From assembly GCA_004431415.1 (NCBI GenBank), contig QPMI01000329.1, forward strand, positions 1 through 62,666: a stretch of 62,666 bases of DNA, given 5' to 3'. Origin of the DNA: Cyanophora paradoxa CCMP329 (taxonomy: Eukaryota; Plantae; Glaucophyta). Below are positions 20,386-33,816 of this stretch, one piece after another. How positions within the stretch are numbered: position 1 is the first letter of the stretch; each line of letters opens with the position of its first letter. The notes beneath the pieces are model-generated. The model saw only the letters and a list, made by a program, of their open reading frames with translations. It made no database searches and was not told the origin of the DNA. A program made the translations under genes and the position numbers.

Positions 20386-23333
20386 ATGGCTGCTGAAAAA
20401 TCAAAGTTTTTGCTGTCGCTGCGATCAATTCCTGCTGAGGAACGCTTTTCTGGAAGTGGAACTTCTTATGATTACAGTGATTTTCTTATGAAAGTAAAAA
20501 TGGACTTCGAATTCATGAATCTCCAGTTCACAGAGCGGGAAAAAGTGCAGATAATCACATACCACACTTCTGGAATGGCCAATAAACACGTTATGCAAAA
20601 GTTATCGGGTGCTCCCGTTGTCGTGCCCAACGGGTTTTCTGCTGAACTTTTAGAGGAGCTACGAGTGAAATTTGACCTATCGGAACATGAGTATAAGCGT
20701 CGGCTGGACGCACTCAGCCCAAAGCTTCCAAATTCGAACGAAATTTGTCTTAAAACATTTTTGAATGAGGCTATTCCATTGGTTGAGAAGGCTTTCCCAA
20801 ATGCGTCTGATAAGGCTAAGGTAACAGAATTGGCAGCACGCTTATCCAAAATTCCCGGCTTTGAAGAAAAAATTCAAATGCTTATTGTTACTGGCGGAAT
20901 TCAAACGCTTTCGGATTTCGCTAAGGCCCGTGAGAAATTGGATCACGTTGCTGAGATTGAAGACAAAGCAACGAAGCTCAAGGCTCCAGTACCTGAAATT
21001 GGTGTGGCAAAAAGTAGTTCTACTTCTTCGACATCATCTGCGATTGCCACCTCTGGAACTGCTAATGTTGGTATTAAAATTGATGGATTGCAAAATTCTG
21101 GAAATATGGACAAGAAATGTCCTGTTTGCAACATTCCCTATGCCCTTGGCCCGCATCCGTATCCAAATGTTTGCAGAGCCCGCCAAGAGGGCTATGGTAG
21201 CGGGAGTGTGCCGCAACGGACGCCCCCTTCTGGATTTCGTGGTGGGATGCAACAGCTCCCTGGAAATTATCGACCCCCTATTCAGTACCAAGGTGCTCCC
21301 CGACGTGTGAATGTTGTGGAGTCTGAAGCAGATAATGTACCTGATCTGAACAATTCAACTACTGATGTGTACACCAAACACACAAAGCGGATTTATGTGG
21401 CCCAGGAAATGCTAAGATTAAAGCCAGAAATAGAAATAAAGGCAGGGACTGTGCCGCTGGTGGTTCAAGGGGTACCAACACGTGCACTGTTGGATACTGG
21501 AGCCGATGTGTCGTTAACTAGCACTAAACTGATTAAAAGGGCGCAAATGCCGCCTAATATCAGGAAACCTTCAGTGCCTTTGAAGGGTTTCACTCAGAAC
21601 ATTGTTCAGCCATTAGGTCAAGCAAATGTCACAGTAGAACTTGGCTCTTTGAAAACCAGTGAACCAGTGATTGTAATGGATAAGTTATCTCATGAAGTTA
21701 TCCTTGGTCGTGATTATATGATTAAGAATAACGTGGATATTTCGCATTCAAAAGGTGTAGTCTATTCAGACAACAAACCAGATTTATTTGTTCCGATTGC
21801 ATTGGAAAAGAACAAACACAAGCTTATGGTTGCAAAAACAGTTGACATTCCAGCACAAAGTGGTGTTCGAGTGACTCTTCAAGGAAATGTTGACAACAAA
21901 GAAGGGCTTCTTCATTTTGAGCAAACTGAAGTTCTCCCAGGGATCTTTGCAATTTCTGGACTCCAGTCAATGGAGAACAATACCACTTGGGCAGTAATGT
22001 ATAATACAAATGATGAGTTGTTTCGACTGGAATGTGGGAAAGAAATTGGAGAGTGGCATGATTTGGACAGTTATAATATTGAACAGGTAGAAATTTGCAA
22101 TGTAAATTTGCATCAGCATTCAAATCCAGTCAAATCTACAATTGACGAATCGTTTAATAAATCTTTCTTTGATCAGATCAAGAGGGAAATTGACTATGGC
22201 GAAACTGATGCATCACCTGAACAACTTGCCTGCATGGAAGAAATGCTTCGTAATAATTGTGATTTATTTGTTGAAAAATTCAAGTTTGACCCAGCGCACT
22301 GCTTGCCTGGTGAACACAGCATTGAAACTGGTAATGCAGCTCCAATAAATGCTCGACCTATGCAGCATTCACCAAAGGACCGTGAGCTGTTCAAGAAAAC
22401 TATTGACGACTTGCTTCAGCGAAACATTGCAGAACCAAGCGAGTCTCCATGGGCAGCTCCCGCATTCTTTGTTAGCAAACATGGAACTGATGAAAAGAGG
22501 CTTGTTACAGACTATAGACGGCTCAATGCTGTCACTAAGCGGGATGTTTATCCACTGCCTAAAATACAGGATATGCTGGATGCGCTGCAAGGCAATGAAT
22601 ATTTTTCTAACATGGACTTTGCTTCCGGTTTCTGGCAAGTTAAAATGAGGACTGAGGACAAAGAAAAGACGGCCTTCAAAACTCCATTTGGCCTTTTTCA
22701 AATGAATGTTATGGCAATGGGGTTGACAAATGCCCCACCTACATTCCAACGTATTATGGAGCAAATGTTCAATGATTACTTGTGGATTTCTGTCCTGATT
22801 TTTGTAGATGATCTAATCACTTTTTCGAAGTCATTTGATGATCATTGCAGGGACCTGCAGCTAGTGTTCAACAGGCTCCGCAAAAACAATGCGAAATTGA
22901 AGCCTTCAAAGTGTCATTTCTTCAAGAAACAACTGAAATTTCTTGGACACATAGTTTGCAAGGAGGGAAGGAGACCAGATCCAGAGAAACTAAAGGCCAT
23001 CAAGGAGTTTCCAGTTCCAACAAATGCAACTGCTCTTCGTTCCTTCCTTGGCACTTGCAATTATTACCGGGACAATGTACAAGACTTTTCTAAAACAACA
23101 TCGATTTTGTATGACCTAACTCAAAAGGACGTCATATGGAGGTGGACTCTCGACCATCAATCAGCATTTAATAAAATTAAAGATGATTTGCTTCAGGAAA
23201 CCATGCTTCACTATCCCGACTTCAACAAACCATTTGTTATCGAAACTGATGCAAGTGATAAGGGCATTGGTGGAATTCTCTCGCAAGAACAACATGGAGT
23301 GCTAAAGCCCGTTTATTTTTACAGTAGGAAATG
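20386..23333 (+). CDS. Ty3/Gypsy family 1 single-frame Gag-protease-RT-RNase H polyprotein, truncated in RNase H by satellite
   Basis: Knuckle-like CPVC-x8-H-x5-C; LLDTGAD; SPWAAPAFFV, RLVTDYRRLN, YPLP, DFASGFWQ, KTAF, MGLTNAP, FVDD; FVIETDAS. The frame is also open upstream into the LTR. Confidence 0.93.
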
Positions 23334-26300
23334 GATTCGCCAGAGCACTCTGGCAGGTTTGCATGAAAGGGAGGGGTGTTAGTTATCTAGTTGCGGCGTT
23401 GGGTTCAGGGCTGCCCCCATCGCCCCCCGAAATTTCACAGGGGTCCCCACCCACACGAAACAGCAGGCAGGGAGCGCTGGGAAATCTCACAGGGGTCCCC
23501 ACCCACACGAAACAGCAGGAAGGGAGCGCTGGGATTCGCCAGAGCACTCTGGCAGGTTTGCATGATAGGGAGGGGTGTTAGTTGTCTAGTTTTGAGGTTG
23601 GGTTCGGGGCTGCCCCCCTCGCCCCCCGAAATATCAGAGGGGTCCCCACCCACACGAAACAGCAGGCAGGGAGCGCTGGGATTCACCAGAGCACTCTGGC
23701 AGGTTTGCATGATAAGGAGGGGTGTTAGTTTTCTAGTTTCGAGGTTGGGTTCGGGGCTGCCCCCATCGCCCCCCAAAATCTCACAGTGCTCCCCACCCAC
23801 AGGAAACAGCAGGCAGGGAGCGCTGGGATTCGCCAGAGCACTCTGGCAGGTTTGCATGATAGGGAGGGGTGTTAGTTTTCTAGTTTCGAGGTTGGGTTTG
23901 GGGCTGCCCCGATCGCCTGCTGTTTCGTGTGGGTGGGGACCCCTGTGAAATTTCGGGGGGCGGTCGGGGCCACCCCGAACCCAACCCCGAAACTAGAAAA
24001 CTAACACCCCTCCCTATCATGCAAACCTGCCAGAGTGCTCTGGCGGATCCCAGCGCTCCCTTCCTGCTGTTTCGTGTGGGTGGGGACCCCTGTGAGATTT
24101 CGGGGGGCAATCGGGGCAGCCCCGCACCCAACCTTGAAACTAGAAAACTAACACCCCTCCCTATCATGCAAACCTGCCAGAGTGCTCTGGCGAATCCCAG
24201 CGCTCCGTTCCTGCTGTTTCGTGTGGGTGGGGACCTCACCCACAGGAAACAGCAGGCAGGGAGTGCTGGGATTCGCCAGAGCACTCTGGCAGGTTTGCAT
24301 GATAGGGAGGGGTGTTAGGTTTCTAGTTTCGAGGTTGGGTTCGGGGCTGCCCCAATCGCCCCCCGAAATCTCACAGGGGTCCCCACCCACAGGAAACAGC
24401 AGGAAGGGAGTGCTGGGATTCGCCAGAGCACTCTGGCAGGTCTGCATGATAGGGAGGGGTGTAAGGTTTCTAGTTTCGAGGTTGGGTTCGGGGCTGCCCC
24501 CATTGCCCCCCCAAATCTCACAGGGGTCCCCACCCACATGAAACAGCAGGCAGGGAGCGCTGGGATTCGCCAGAGCACTCTGGCAGGTTTGCATGATAGG
24601 GAGGGGTGTTAGGTTTCTAGTTTCGAGGTGGGGTTCGGGGCTGCCCCAATCGCCCCCCGAAATCTCACAGGGGTCCCCACCCACAGGAAACAGCAGGAAG
24701 GGAGCGCTGGGATTCGCCAGAGCACTCTGGCAGGTCTGCATGATAGGGAGGGGTGTTAGTTTTCTAGTTTCGAGGTTGGGTTCGGGGCTGCCCCCATTGC
24801 CCCCCGAAATCACACAGGGGTCCCCACCCACAAGAAACAGCAGGCAGGGAGTGTTGGGATTCGCCAGAGCACTCTGGCAGGTTTGCATGATAGGGAGGGG
24901 TGTAAGTTTTCTAGTTTCGAGGTTGGGTTTGGGGCTGCCCCCATTGCCCCCCAAAATCTGACAGGGGTCCCCACCCACACGAAACAGCAGGAAGGGAGCG
25001 CTGGGATTCGCCAGAGCACTCTGGCAGGTTTGCATGATAGGAAAGGGTGTTGGTTTTCCAGTTTCGAGGTTGGGTGCAGGGCTGCCACCATTGCCCCCCA
25101 AAATCTGACAGGGGTCCCCACCCACAGGAAACAGCAGGCAGGGAGCGCTGGGATTCGCCAGAGCACTCTGGCAAATTTGCATGATAGGGAGGGGTGTTAG
25201 GTTTCTAGTTTCGAGGTTGGGTTCGGGGCTGCCCCAATCGCCCCCCAAAATCTCACAGGGGTCCCCACCCACAGGAAACAGCAGGCAGGGAGCGCTGGGA
25301 TTCGCCAGAGCACTCTGGCAGGTCTGCATGATAGGGAGGGGTGTTAGGTTTCTAGTTTCGAGGTTGGGTTCGTGGCTGCCCCAATCGCCCCCGAAATCTC
25401 ACAGGGGTCCCCACCCACAGGAAACAGCAGGAAGGGAGCCCTGGGATTCGCCAGAGCACTCTGGCAGGTTTGCATGATAGGGAGGGGTGTTAGTTTTCTA
25501 GTTTCGAGGTTGGGTTCGGGGCTGCCCCCATTGCCCCCCCAAATCTCACAGGGGTCCCCACCCACATGAAACAGCAGGCAGGGAGCGCTGGGATTCGCCA
25601 GAGCACTCTGGCAGGTCTGCATGATAGGGAGGGGTGTTAGGTTTCTAGTTTCGAGGTTGGGTTCGGGGCTGCCCCCATTGCCCCCCCAAATCTCACAGGG
25701 GTCCCCACCCACAGGAAACAGCAGGAAGGGAGTGCTGGGATTCGCCAGAGCACTCTGGCAGGTCTGCATGATAGGGAGGGGTGTAAGTTTCTAGTTTCGA
25801 GGTTGGGTTCGGGGCTGCCCCCATTGCCCCCCAAATCTCACAGGGGTCCCCACCCACATGAAACAGCAGGCAGGGAGCGCTGGGATTCGCCAGAGCACTC
25901 TGGCAGGTTTGCATGATAGGGAGGGGTGTTAGTTTCTAGTTTCGAGGTGGGTTCGGGGCTGCCCCAATCGCCCCCGAAATCTCACAGGGGTCCCCACCCA
26001 CAGAAACAGCAGGAAGGGAGCGCTGGGATTCGCCAGAGCACTCTGGCAGGTCTGCATGATAGGGAGGGGTGTTAGTTTTCTAGTTTCGAGGTTGGGTTCG
26101 GGGCTGCCCCATTGCCCCCGAAATCCACAGGGGTCCCCACCCACAGAAACAGCAGGCAGGGAGTGTGGGATTCGCCAGAGCACTCTGGCAGGTTTGCATG
26201 ATAGGGAGGGGTGTAGTTTTCTAGTTTCGAGGTTGGGTTGGGGCTGCCCCATTGCCCCCCAAATCTACAGGGGTCCCCACCCACACGAAACAGCAGGAGG

Positions 26301-27408
26301 GAGCGCTGGGATTCGCCAGAGCACTCTGGCAGGTTTGCATGATAGGAAGGGTGTTGTTTTCAGTTTCGAGGTTGGGTGCGGGCTGCCCCATTGCCCCCCA
26401 AAATCTGACAGGGGTCCCCACCCACAGGAAACAGCAGGCAGGGAGCGCTGGGATTCGCCAGAGCACTCTGGCAAATTTGCATGATAGGGAGGGGTGTTAG
26501 TTTCTAGTTTCGAGGTTGGGTTCGGGGCTGCCCCAATCGCCCCCCAAAATCTCACAGGGGTCCCCACCCACAGGAAACAGCAGGCAGGGAGCGCTGGGAT
26601 TCGCCAGAGCACTCTGGCAGGTTTGCATGATAGGGAGGGGTGTTAGTTTCTAGTTTCGAGGTTGGGTTCGGGGCTGCCCCAATCGCCCCCGAAATCTCAC
26701 AGGGGTCCCCACCCACAGGAAACAGCAGGAAGGGAGCCCTGGGATTCGCCAGAGCACTCTGGCAGGTTTGCATGATAGGGAGGGGTTTTAGTTTTCTAGT
26801 TTCGAGGTTGGGTTCGGGGCTGCCCCCATTGCCCCCCCAAATCTCACAGGGGTCCCCACCCACATGAAACAGCAGGCAGGGAACGCTGGGATTCGCCAGA
26901 GCACTCTGGCAGGTCTGCATGATAGGGAGGGGTGTTAGTTTTCTAGTTTCGAGGTTGGATCCAGGGCTGCCCCCATTGCCCCCCAAAATCTGACAGGGGT
27001 CCCCACCCACACGAAACAGCAGGCAGGGAGCGCTGGGATTCGCCAGAGCACTCTGGCAGGTTTGCATGATAGGAAAGGGGGTTGGTTTTCCAGTTTCGAG
27101 GTTGGGTGCGGGGCTGCCCCCGTTGCCCCCCAAAATCTCACAGGGGTCCCCACCCACACGAAACAGCAGGCAGGGAGTGCTGGGATTTGCCAGAGCACTC
27201 TGGCAAATTTGCATGATAGGGAGGGGTGTGAGTTTTCTAGTTTCAAGGTGGGGTTCGGGGCTGCCCCAATCGCCCCCCGAAATCTCACAGGGGTCCCCAC
27301 CCACACGAAACAGCAGGCGGGTAGCGCTGGGATTCGCCAGAGCACTCTGGCAGGTTTGCATGATAGGAAAGGGTGTTGGTTTTCCAGTTTCGAGGTTGGG
27401 TGCGGGGC
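23332..27408. repeat. 147-bp satellite: minus 23332-23914, plus 23915-24235, minus 24236-27408, with a roughly 9-mer higher-order repeat
   Basis: Orientation switches are visible. Diagnostic variants recur at about 1.3 kb spacing (gaagggagtgctggg near 24403 and 25725). Confidence 0.93.
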
Positions 27409-27493
27409 TGGGCGATAAAGCCATTCTAAACGTCATTTAAACTGCGATTACCAAACGCAGTCTTATTTTTCTCTTGTTTTTAGTAGTGAAAAC

Positions 27494-27975
27494 ATGACTG
27501 AACTAGAAGAGTTCAATGCTGGCGAGATGATTTCGAACAGCTTCAGAGCCATTTTTATAGGACGCTCAAACACTGGTAAATCTGAAGCTTGTCTATACTG
27601 GATTAAGCAGCTCCACGATGCAAAAAAAATCGATGCTGTTGTTGTGTTTACCGGGACGAAATTCAATAATTTCTGGGCACCTGTAACTCCCATGGTAATT
27701 GATGGATGGGATGCAGCTTTTGTATCGCAGTTGCTAGATGCAAGGCAGCAAAAGATTGCAGCTGGGGGAAAGGTTAACGAACTTTTAATTGTCCTGGATG
27801 ATTTAATCGACAATGAGCATATTGACCTCCATAAAAGTCCGCAGGTTGCATCCCTCTACACCAGAGGTCGCCATTCCCATATTAGCATAATTTGCATCAC
27901 TCAAAAGATGCGAAAGCTTTCAAGTACAATCCGAGTGAACACTGAATACACATGTATTCTGAATGCCAGTAATCG
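27494..27975 (+). pseudogene. 3'-truncated A32-type packaging ATPase from a second, divergent Polinton-like virus
   Basis: GRSNTGKS, LIVLDDLI, YTRGRHSHISIICITQ. Homologous to but clearly different from 18340-19097. Joined directly to a retrotransposon piece. Confidence 0.88.
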
Positions 27976-29250
27976 CTTGACCCTAAGGGTCGGGGCGGTT
28001 CGCAGCCCCGCCCGGCGGGAAAAGCCTAACCCAGCCTGTTGTTGCCCGCCAGGCTGGGGCGGCCAAGAAACCAGCCATTTTCGGCGCAGCGAATGGACTG
28101 CGATCGTTGTTGCCTTTGATTACTCTCAATGAGTTCTTGAAGCGGCAGTCGTTGTCAGTCGCTCGCGCTTTCCCTTTCCCTTCCTTGGATGCTCCTCAAT
28201 CTTCTTCTCCTATTTCTTCTTCTGGTCCCGATGTTACCCTTCAAGAGAATGATCCCATTATCCATGAGGTTGCTTCAGTGGAAATTCGCCCAGACATTCG
28301 TCCTGGTTTTGGTCAAGCGCATTCGCGTGGAATTGAAAATGTTTTGGATGACTCGAAAAGTGCTAGTAGAGTAGTGGTAGTTAGTGGAAATCGTGGAAAA
28401 TTGGAACAGAAGTCCCTTTCGAATTTCTTTTCTGATGAGCTGCGATGGAAACGAGATGCCCCTGCTAAAAAGCATTTTATATCATCTGCAAACAATTCGA
28501 AGCCGGTTTCCCTGAAGTTGTCTTTTGATGATAATGGCCGAGCCTCAATTCAAATTTGTTCTCTGGACTCCCAGAGCCCTCCTGCTGAGCCTGCATTCGC
28601 AGGGCCGCGTCCCTTCATGACCTCAGCTCCGGGGAGGTCAACTCTGGACGTTGTCATTCAGGGCAAACATCACAAATTCCTTCTCGACAGCGGGGCAGAT
28701 GTCTCTTTCATTCTTTCTTCTACAATCTCTTCTCTTGGACTTCAAAATAAGGTGTTTAGAACTATTCACACTCCTTCTGTCAAGCTCCCGAATTCTGCAT
28801 TGGTGGCTGTTCCCGGTGAGGTTCATGTGGCTGCTACTATTGGGCCCCTCACCCGGAGTTTTCCTTTTCTTGTGGTTGATTTCCCAGGATACGCATTCGA
28901 TGGCATCTTAGGCCAAGATTTCTTTTCTGATAATGGAGTCACCTATTGCAATAAGGACGCTGACAACCGATTTGTGGTCTTCGCCAAGCACCCAGACAAG
29001 CCAGTTAAGTGTGGAATTCTCTCTTTCTTACCTGGCACCTCTACGCAGCCGAGTTCTCTGTCGCCGGAGACACCGGAATCTGACCCCTCGGACGACTCCA
29101 GCACTCGCAGAGTGTCCAAGGAGCATGGTCATATTCTGGAGGTTGCAAGGGAGGTTAAAATTGAACCTGGTGTGCAACGGAAGGTTGAACTGCAAGTCGG
29201 AGGCAACCGCTATTTGCCGGATTGTGAAGGTTTTCTTGTCAACTTCTACA
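27975..29250 (+). mobile_element. Ty3/Gypsy family 2 fragment: gag end, recoding signal and aspartic protease
   Basis: FLLDSGADVS ... DGILGQDF. Homologous to 45284-46625 (minus strand). Confidence 0.85.
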
Positions 29251-32200
29251 AACGAAACAGCAGGAAGGGAGCGCTGGGATTCGCCAGAGCACTCTGGCAG
29301 GTTTGCATGATAGGAAAGGGTGTTCGTTTTCCAGTTTCGAGGTTGGGTGCAGGGCTGCCACCATTGCCCCCCAAAATCTGACAGGGGTCCCCACCCACAG
29401 GAAACAGCAGGCAGGGAGCGCTGGGATTCGCCAGAGCACTCTGGCAGGTTTGCATGATAGGGAGGGGTGTAAGGTTTCTAGTTTCGAGGTTGGGTTCGGG
29501 GCTGCCCCCATTGCCCCCCAAATCTCACAGGGGTCCCCACCCACATGAAACAGCAGGCAGGGAACGCTGGAATTCGCAAGAGCACTCTTGCAAATTTGCA
29601 TGATAGGGAGGGGTGTTAGTTTTCTAGTTTCGAGGTTGGGTTCAGGGCTGCCCCCATTGCCCACCAAAATCTGACAGGGGTCCCCACCCACATGAAACAG
29701 CAGGAAGGGAGCGCTGGGATTCGCCAGAGCACTCTGGCAGGTTTGCATGATAGGGAGGTGTGTTCGTTTTCCAGTTTCGAGGTTGGGTGCAGGGCTGCCA
29801 CCATTGCCCCCCAAAATCTGACAGGGGTCCCCACCCACAGGAAACAGCAGGCAGGGAGCGATGGGATTCGCCAGAGCACTCTGGCAGGTTTGCATGATAG
29901 GGAGGGGTGTAAGGTTTCTAGTTTCGAGGTTGGGTTCGGGGCTGCCCCAATCGCCCCCCGAAATCTCACAGGGGTCCCCACCCACAGGAAACAGCAGGAA
30001 GGGAGCGCTGGGATTCGCCAGAGCACTCTGGCAGGTCTTCATGATAGGGAGGGGTATAAGTTTTCTAGTTTCGAGGTTGGGTTTGGGGCTGCCCCCATTG
30101 CCCCCCGAAATCACACAGGGGTCCCAACCCACAGGAAACAGCAGGCAGGGAACGCTGGGATTCGCCAGAGCACTCTGGCAGGTCTGCATGATACGGAGGG
30201 GTGTTAATTTTCTAGTTTCGAGGTTGGGTTTGGGGCTGCCCCCATTGCCCCCCAAAATCTGACAGGGGTCCCCACCCACACGAAACAGCAGGCAGGGAGC
30301 GCTGGGATTCGCCAGAGCACTCTGGCAGGTTTGCATGATAGGAAAGGGTGTTGGTTTTCCAGTTTCGAGGTTGGGTGCGGGGCTGCCACCATTGCCCCCC
30401 AAAATCTCACAGGGGTCTCCACCCACACAAAACAGCAGGCAGGGAGTGCTGGGATTCACCAGAGCACTCTGGCAAATTTGCATGATAGGGAGGGGTGTTA
30501 ATTTTCTAGTTTCGAGGTGGGGTTCGGGGCTGCCCCAATCGCCCCCCGAAGTCTCACAGGGGTCCCCACCCACAGGAAACAGCAGGAAGGGAGCGCTGGG
30601 ATTCGCCAGAGCACTCTGGCAAATTTGCATGATAGGGAGGGGTGTAAGTTTTCTAGTTTCGAGGTTGGGTTCGGGGCTGCCCCCATTGCCCCCCGAAATC
30701 ACACAGGGGTCCCCACCCACAGGAAACAGCAGGCAGGGAGCGCTGGGATTCTCCAGAGCACTCTGGCAGGTTTGCATGATAGGGAGGGGTGTTAAGTTTC
30801 TAGTTTCGAGGTGGGGTTCGGGGCTGCCCCAATCGCCCCCCGAAATCTCACAGGGGTCCCCACCCACAGGAAACAGCAGGAAGGGAGCGCTGGGATTCGC
30901 CAGAGCACTCTGGCAGGTCTGCATGATAAGGAGGGGTGTAAGTTTTCTAGTTTCGAGGTTGGGTTCGGGGCTGCCCCCATTGCCCCCCAAATCTCACAGG
31001 GGTCCCCACCCACAGGAAACAGCAGGCAGGGAGCGCTGGGATTCGCCAGAGCACTCTGGCAGGTCTGCATGATAGGGAGGGGTGTAAGTTTTCTAGTTTC
31101 GAGGTTGGGTTTGGGGCTGCCCCCATTGCCCCCCCAAATCTCACAGGGGTCCCCACCCACACAAAACAGCAGGCAGGGAGTGCTGGGATTCGCCAGAGCA
31201 CTCTGGCAGGTTTTCATGATAGGGAGGGGTGTTAGGTTTCTAGTTTCGAGGTTGGGTTCGGGGCTGCCCCAATCGCCCCCCGAAATCTCACAGGGGTCCC
31301 CACGCACAGGAAACAGCAGGAAGGGAGCGCTGGGATTCGCCAGAGCACTCTGGCAGGTCTGCATGATAGGGAGGGGTGTAAGTTTTCTAGTTTCGAGGTT
31401 GGTTTGCATGATAGGAAAGGGTGTTCGTTTTCCAGTTTCAAGGTTGGGTGCAGGGCTGCCACCATTGCCCCCCAAAATCACACAGGGGTCCCCACCCACA
31501 GGAAACAGCAGGCAGGGAGTGCTGGGATTCGCCAGAGCACTCTGGCAGGTTTGCATGATAGGGAGGGGTGTAAGTTTTCTAGTTTCGAGGTTGGGTTTGG
31601 GGCTGCCCCCATTGCCCCCCAAAATCTGACAGGGGTCCCCACCCACACGAAACAGCAGGCAGGGAGCGCTGGGATTCGCCAGAGCACTCTGGCAGGTCTG
31701 CATGATAGGGAGGGGTGTAAGTTTTCTAGTTTCGAGGTTGGGTTCGGGGCTGCCCCCATTGCCCACCAAAATCTGACAGGGGTCCCCACCCACAGGAAAC
31801 AGCAGGAAGGGAGCCCTGGGATTCGCCAGAGCACTCTGGCAGGTTTGCATGATAGGAAAGGGTGTTCGTTTTCCAGTTTCGAGGTTGGGTGCAGGGCTGC
31901 CACCATTGCCCCCCAAAATCTGACAGGGTGAGATTTCGGGGGGCGATGGGGGCAGCCCCAAACCCAACCTCGAAACTAGAGAACTAACACCCCTCCCTAT
32001 CATGCAAACCTGCCAGAGTGCTCTGGTGAATCCCAGCGCTCCCTTCCTGCTGTTTTGTGTTGGTGGGGACCCCTGTGAGATTTTGGGGGGCGATGGGGGC
32101 AGCCCCGAACCCAACCTCGAAACTAGAGAACTAACACCCCTCCCTATCATGCAAACCTGCCAGAGTGCTCTGGCAAATCCCAGCGCTCCCTTCCTGCTGT

Positions 32201-33095
32201 TTTGTGTGGGTGGGGACCCCTGTGAGATTTTGGGGGGCGATCGGGGCCACCCCGAACCCAACCTTGAAACTAGAAAACTAACACCCCTCCCTATCATGCA
32301 AACCTGCCAGAGTGCTCTGGTGAATCCCAGCGCTCCCTTCCTGCTGTTTTGTGTGGGTGGGGACCCCTGTGAGATTTTGGGGGGCGATCGGGGCCACCCC
32401 GAACCCAACCTCGAAACTAGAAAACTAACACCCCTCCCTATCATGCAAACCTGCCAGAGTGCTCTGGCAAATCCCAGCGCTCCCTGCCTGCTGTTTCGTG
32501 TGGGTGGGCACCCCTGTGAGATTTCGGGGGTCGATTGGGGCCGCCCCGAACACAACCTCGAAACTAGAGAACTAACACCCCTACCTATCATGCAAACCTG
32601 CCAGAGTGCTCTGGCGAATCCCAGTGCTCCCTGCCTGCTGTTTTGTGTGGGTGGGGACCCATCAGGGCAGCCCCAAACCCAACCTCCAAACTAGAAAACT
32701 AACACCCCTCCCTATCATGCAAACCTGCCAGAGTGCTCTGGCGAATCCCAGAGCTCCCTTCCTGCTGTTTGGTGTGGGTGGGGACCCCTGTGAGATTTCG
32801 GGGGGCCCCCGAAATCTCACAGGGGTCCCCACCCACACAAAACAGCAGGCAGGGAGCGCTGGGATTCGCCAGAGCACTCTGGCAGGTTTGCATGATAGGG
32901 AGGGGTGTTAGTTTTCTAGTTTCGAGGTTGGGTTTGGGGCTGCCCTGATCGCCCTGTGAGATTTTGGGGGGCAATCGGGGCAGCCCTGAACCCAACCTCG
33001 AAACCAGAAAACTAACACCCCTCCCTATCATGCAAACCTGCCAGAGTGCTCTGGCGAATCCCAGCGCTCCCTGCCTGCTGTTTGATGTGGGTGGG
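29251..33095. repeat. 147-bp satellite: minus to about 31927, plus to about 32808, minus to about 32952, plus to about 33095
   Basis: Monomer matches with visible fold-back junctions, e.g. gatttcggggggccccccgaaatc at about 32795-32818. Confidence 0.93.
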
Positions 33096-33468
33096 AAAGT
33101 TGACCTGAAACTCTGCAGCCACCACCAATAAATGCTCCTCCTGATCTCACAGTTACAGCAGCAGTGTTTTTATCATAATCAAGGGCTTTCAGATCAACAC
33201 TGTAAGCATCAGGACCTCCATTTGTAGGCTGAAAGAAGTTAGCATTTGTGACAAGCAGTCGAGTTGTTTTAACCACACCAGAATTCTTATCAGCTCTCAG
33301 CTCTTTAACTCGAATAATCGAATTTTTATCAAAGGAGTTACCATTGGAGTTGGGTCTCTCTGTGGATTCTAAACCACGAACCTCATCATTTACTTCATGC
33401 TGGCGAAAATGCATTGCAGGGGATCCAAGGGAATATATAGGCAGTTGAACTCGATTATATTCACCCAT
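33096..33468 (-). pseudogene. 3'-truncated hypothetical gene of a virus-like cluster
   Basis: Intronless ORF in an AT-rich segment; runs into the satellite. Confidence 0.55.
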
Positions 33469-33507
33469 TGCTTCTTTTACTAAGAAGGAAAGAAAAATAA
33501 ACTACCA

Positions 33508-33813
33508 TCAAGCCAAAGTGATTAAATTCGATCCAAGGGATTGGTAAACAGTTGAAAGAACTTGCAGGTTGGATGTCATTGCTTTAATGTTGTTATCACA
33601 CTCATTGTATTTAGCAACAGGGTCACCATATGCAGCTTGAGCAAGGACATTAACCAAGAGGTTTTTATACTCATTTACAACTGGTGAGAGCTTGTTAGTT
33701 TGCTGAATCGTTTTTTCAACTGTTTGTAATGCGTTTACAAGGGTGATTGTATCAAAAGAAAGCGCAACAGGCTCAGTAGAATAGGTGGTTCCACCAAGAG
33801 GATAGGTCGCCAT
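33508..33813 (-). CDS. Hypothetical protein (101 aa) of the virus-like cluster
   Basis: ATG 3 bp after the fibre gene stop; tightly packed and co-oriented. Confidence 0.65.
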   Translation of the reverse strand: MATYPLGGTTYSTEPVALSFDTITLVNALQTVEKTIQQTNKLSPVVNEYKNLLVNVLAQAAYGDPVAKYNECDNNIKAMTSNLQVLSTVYQSLGSNLITLA

Positions 33814-33816
33814 TTA

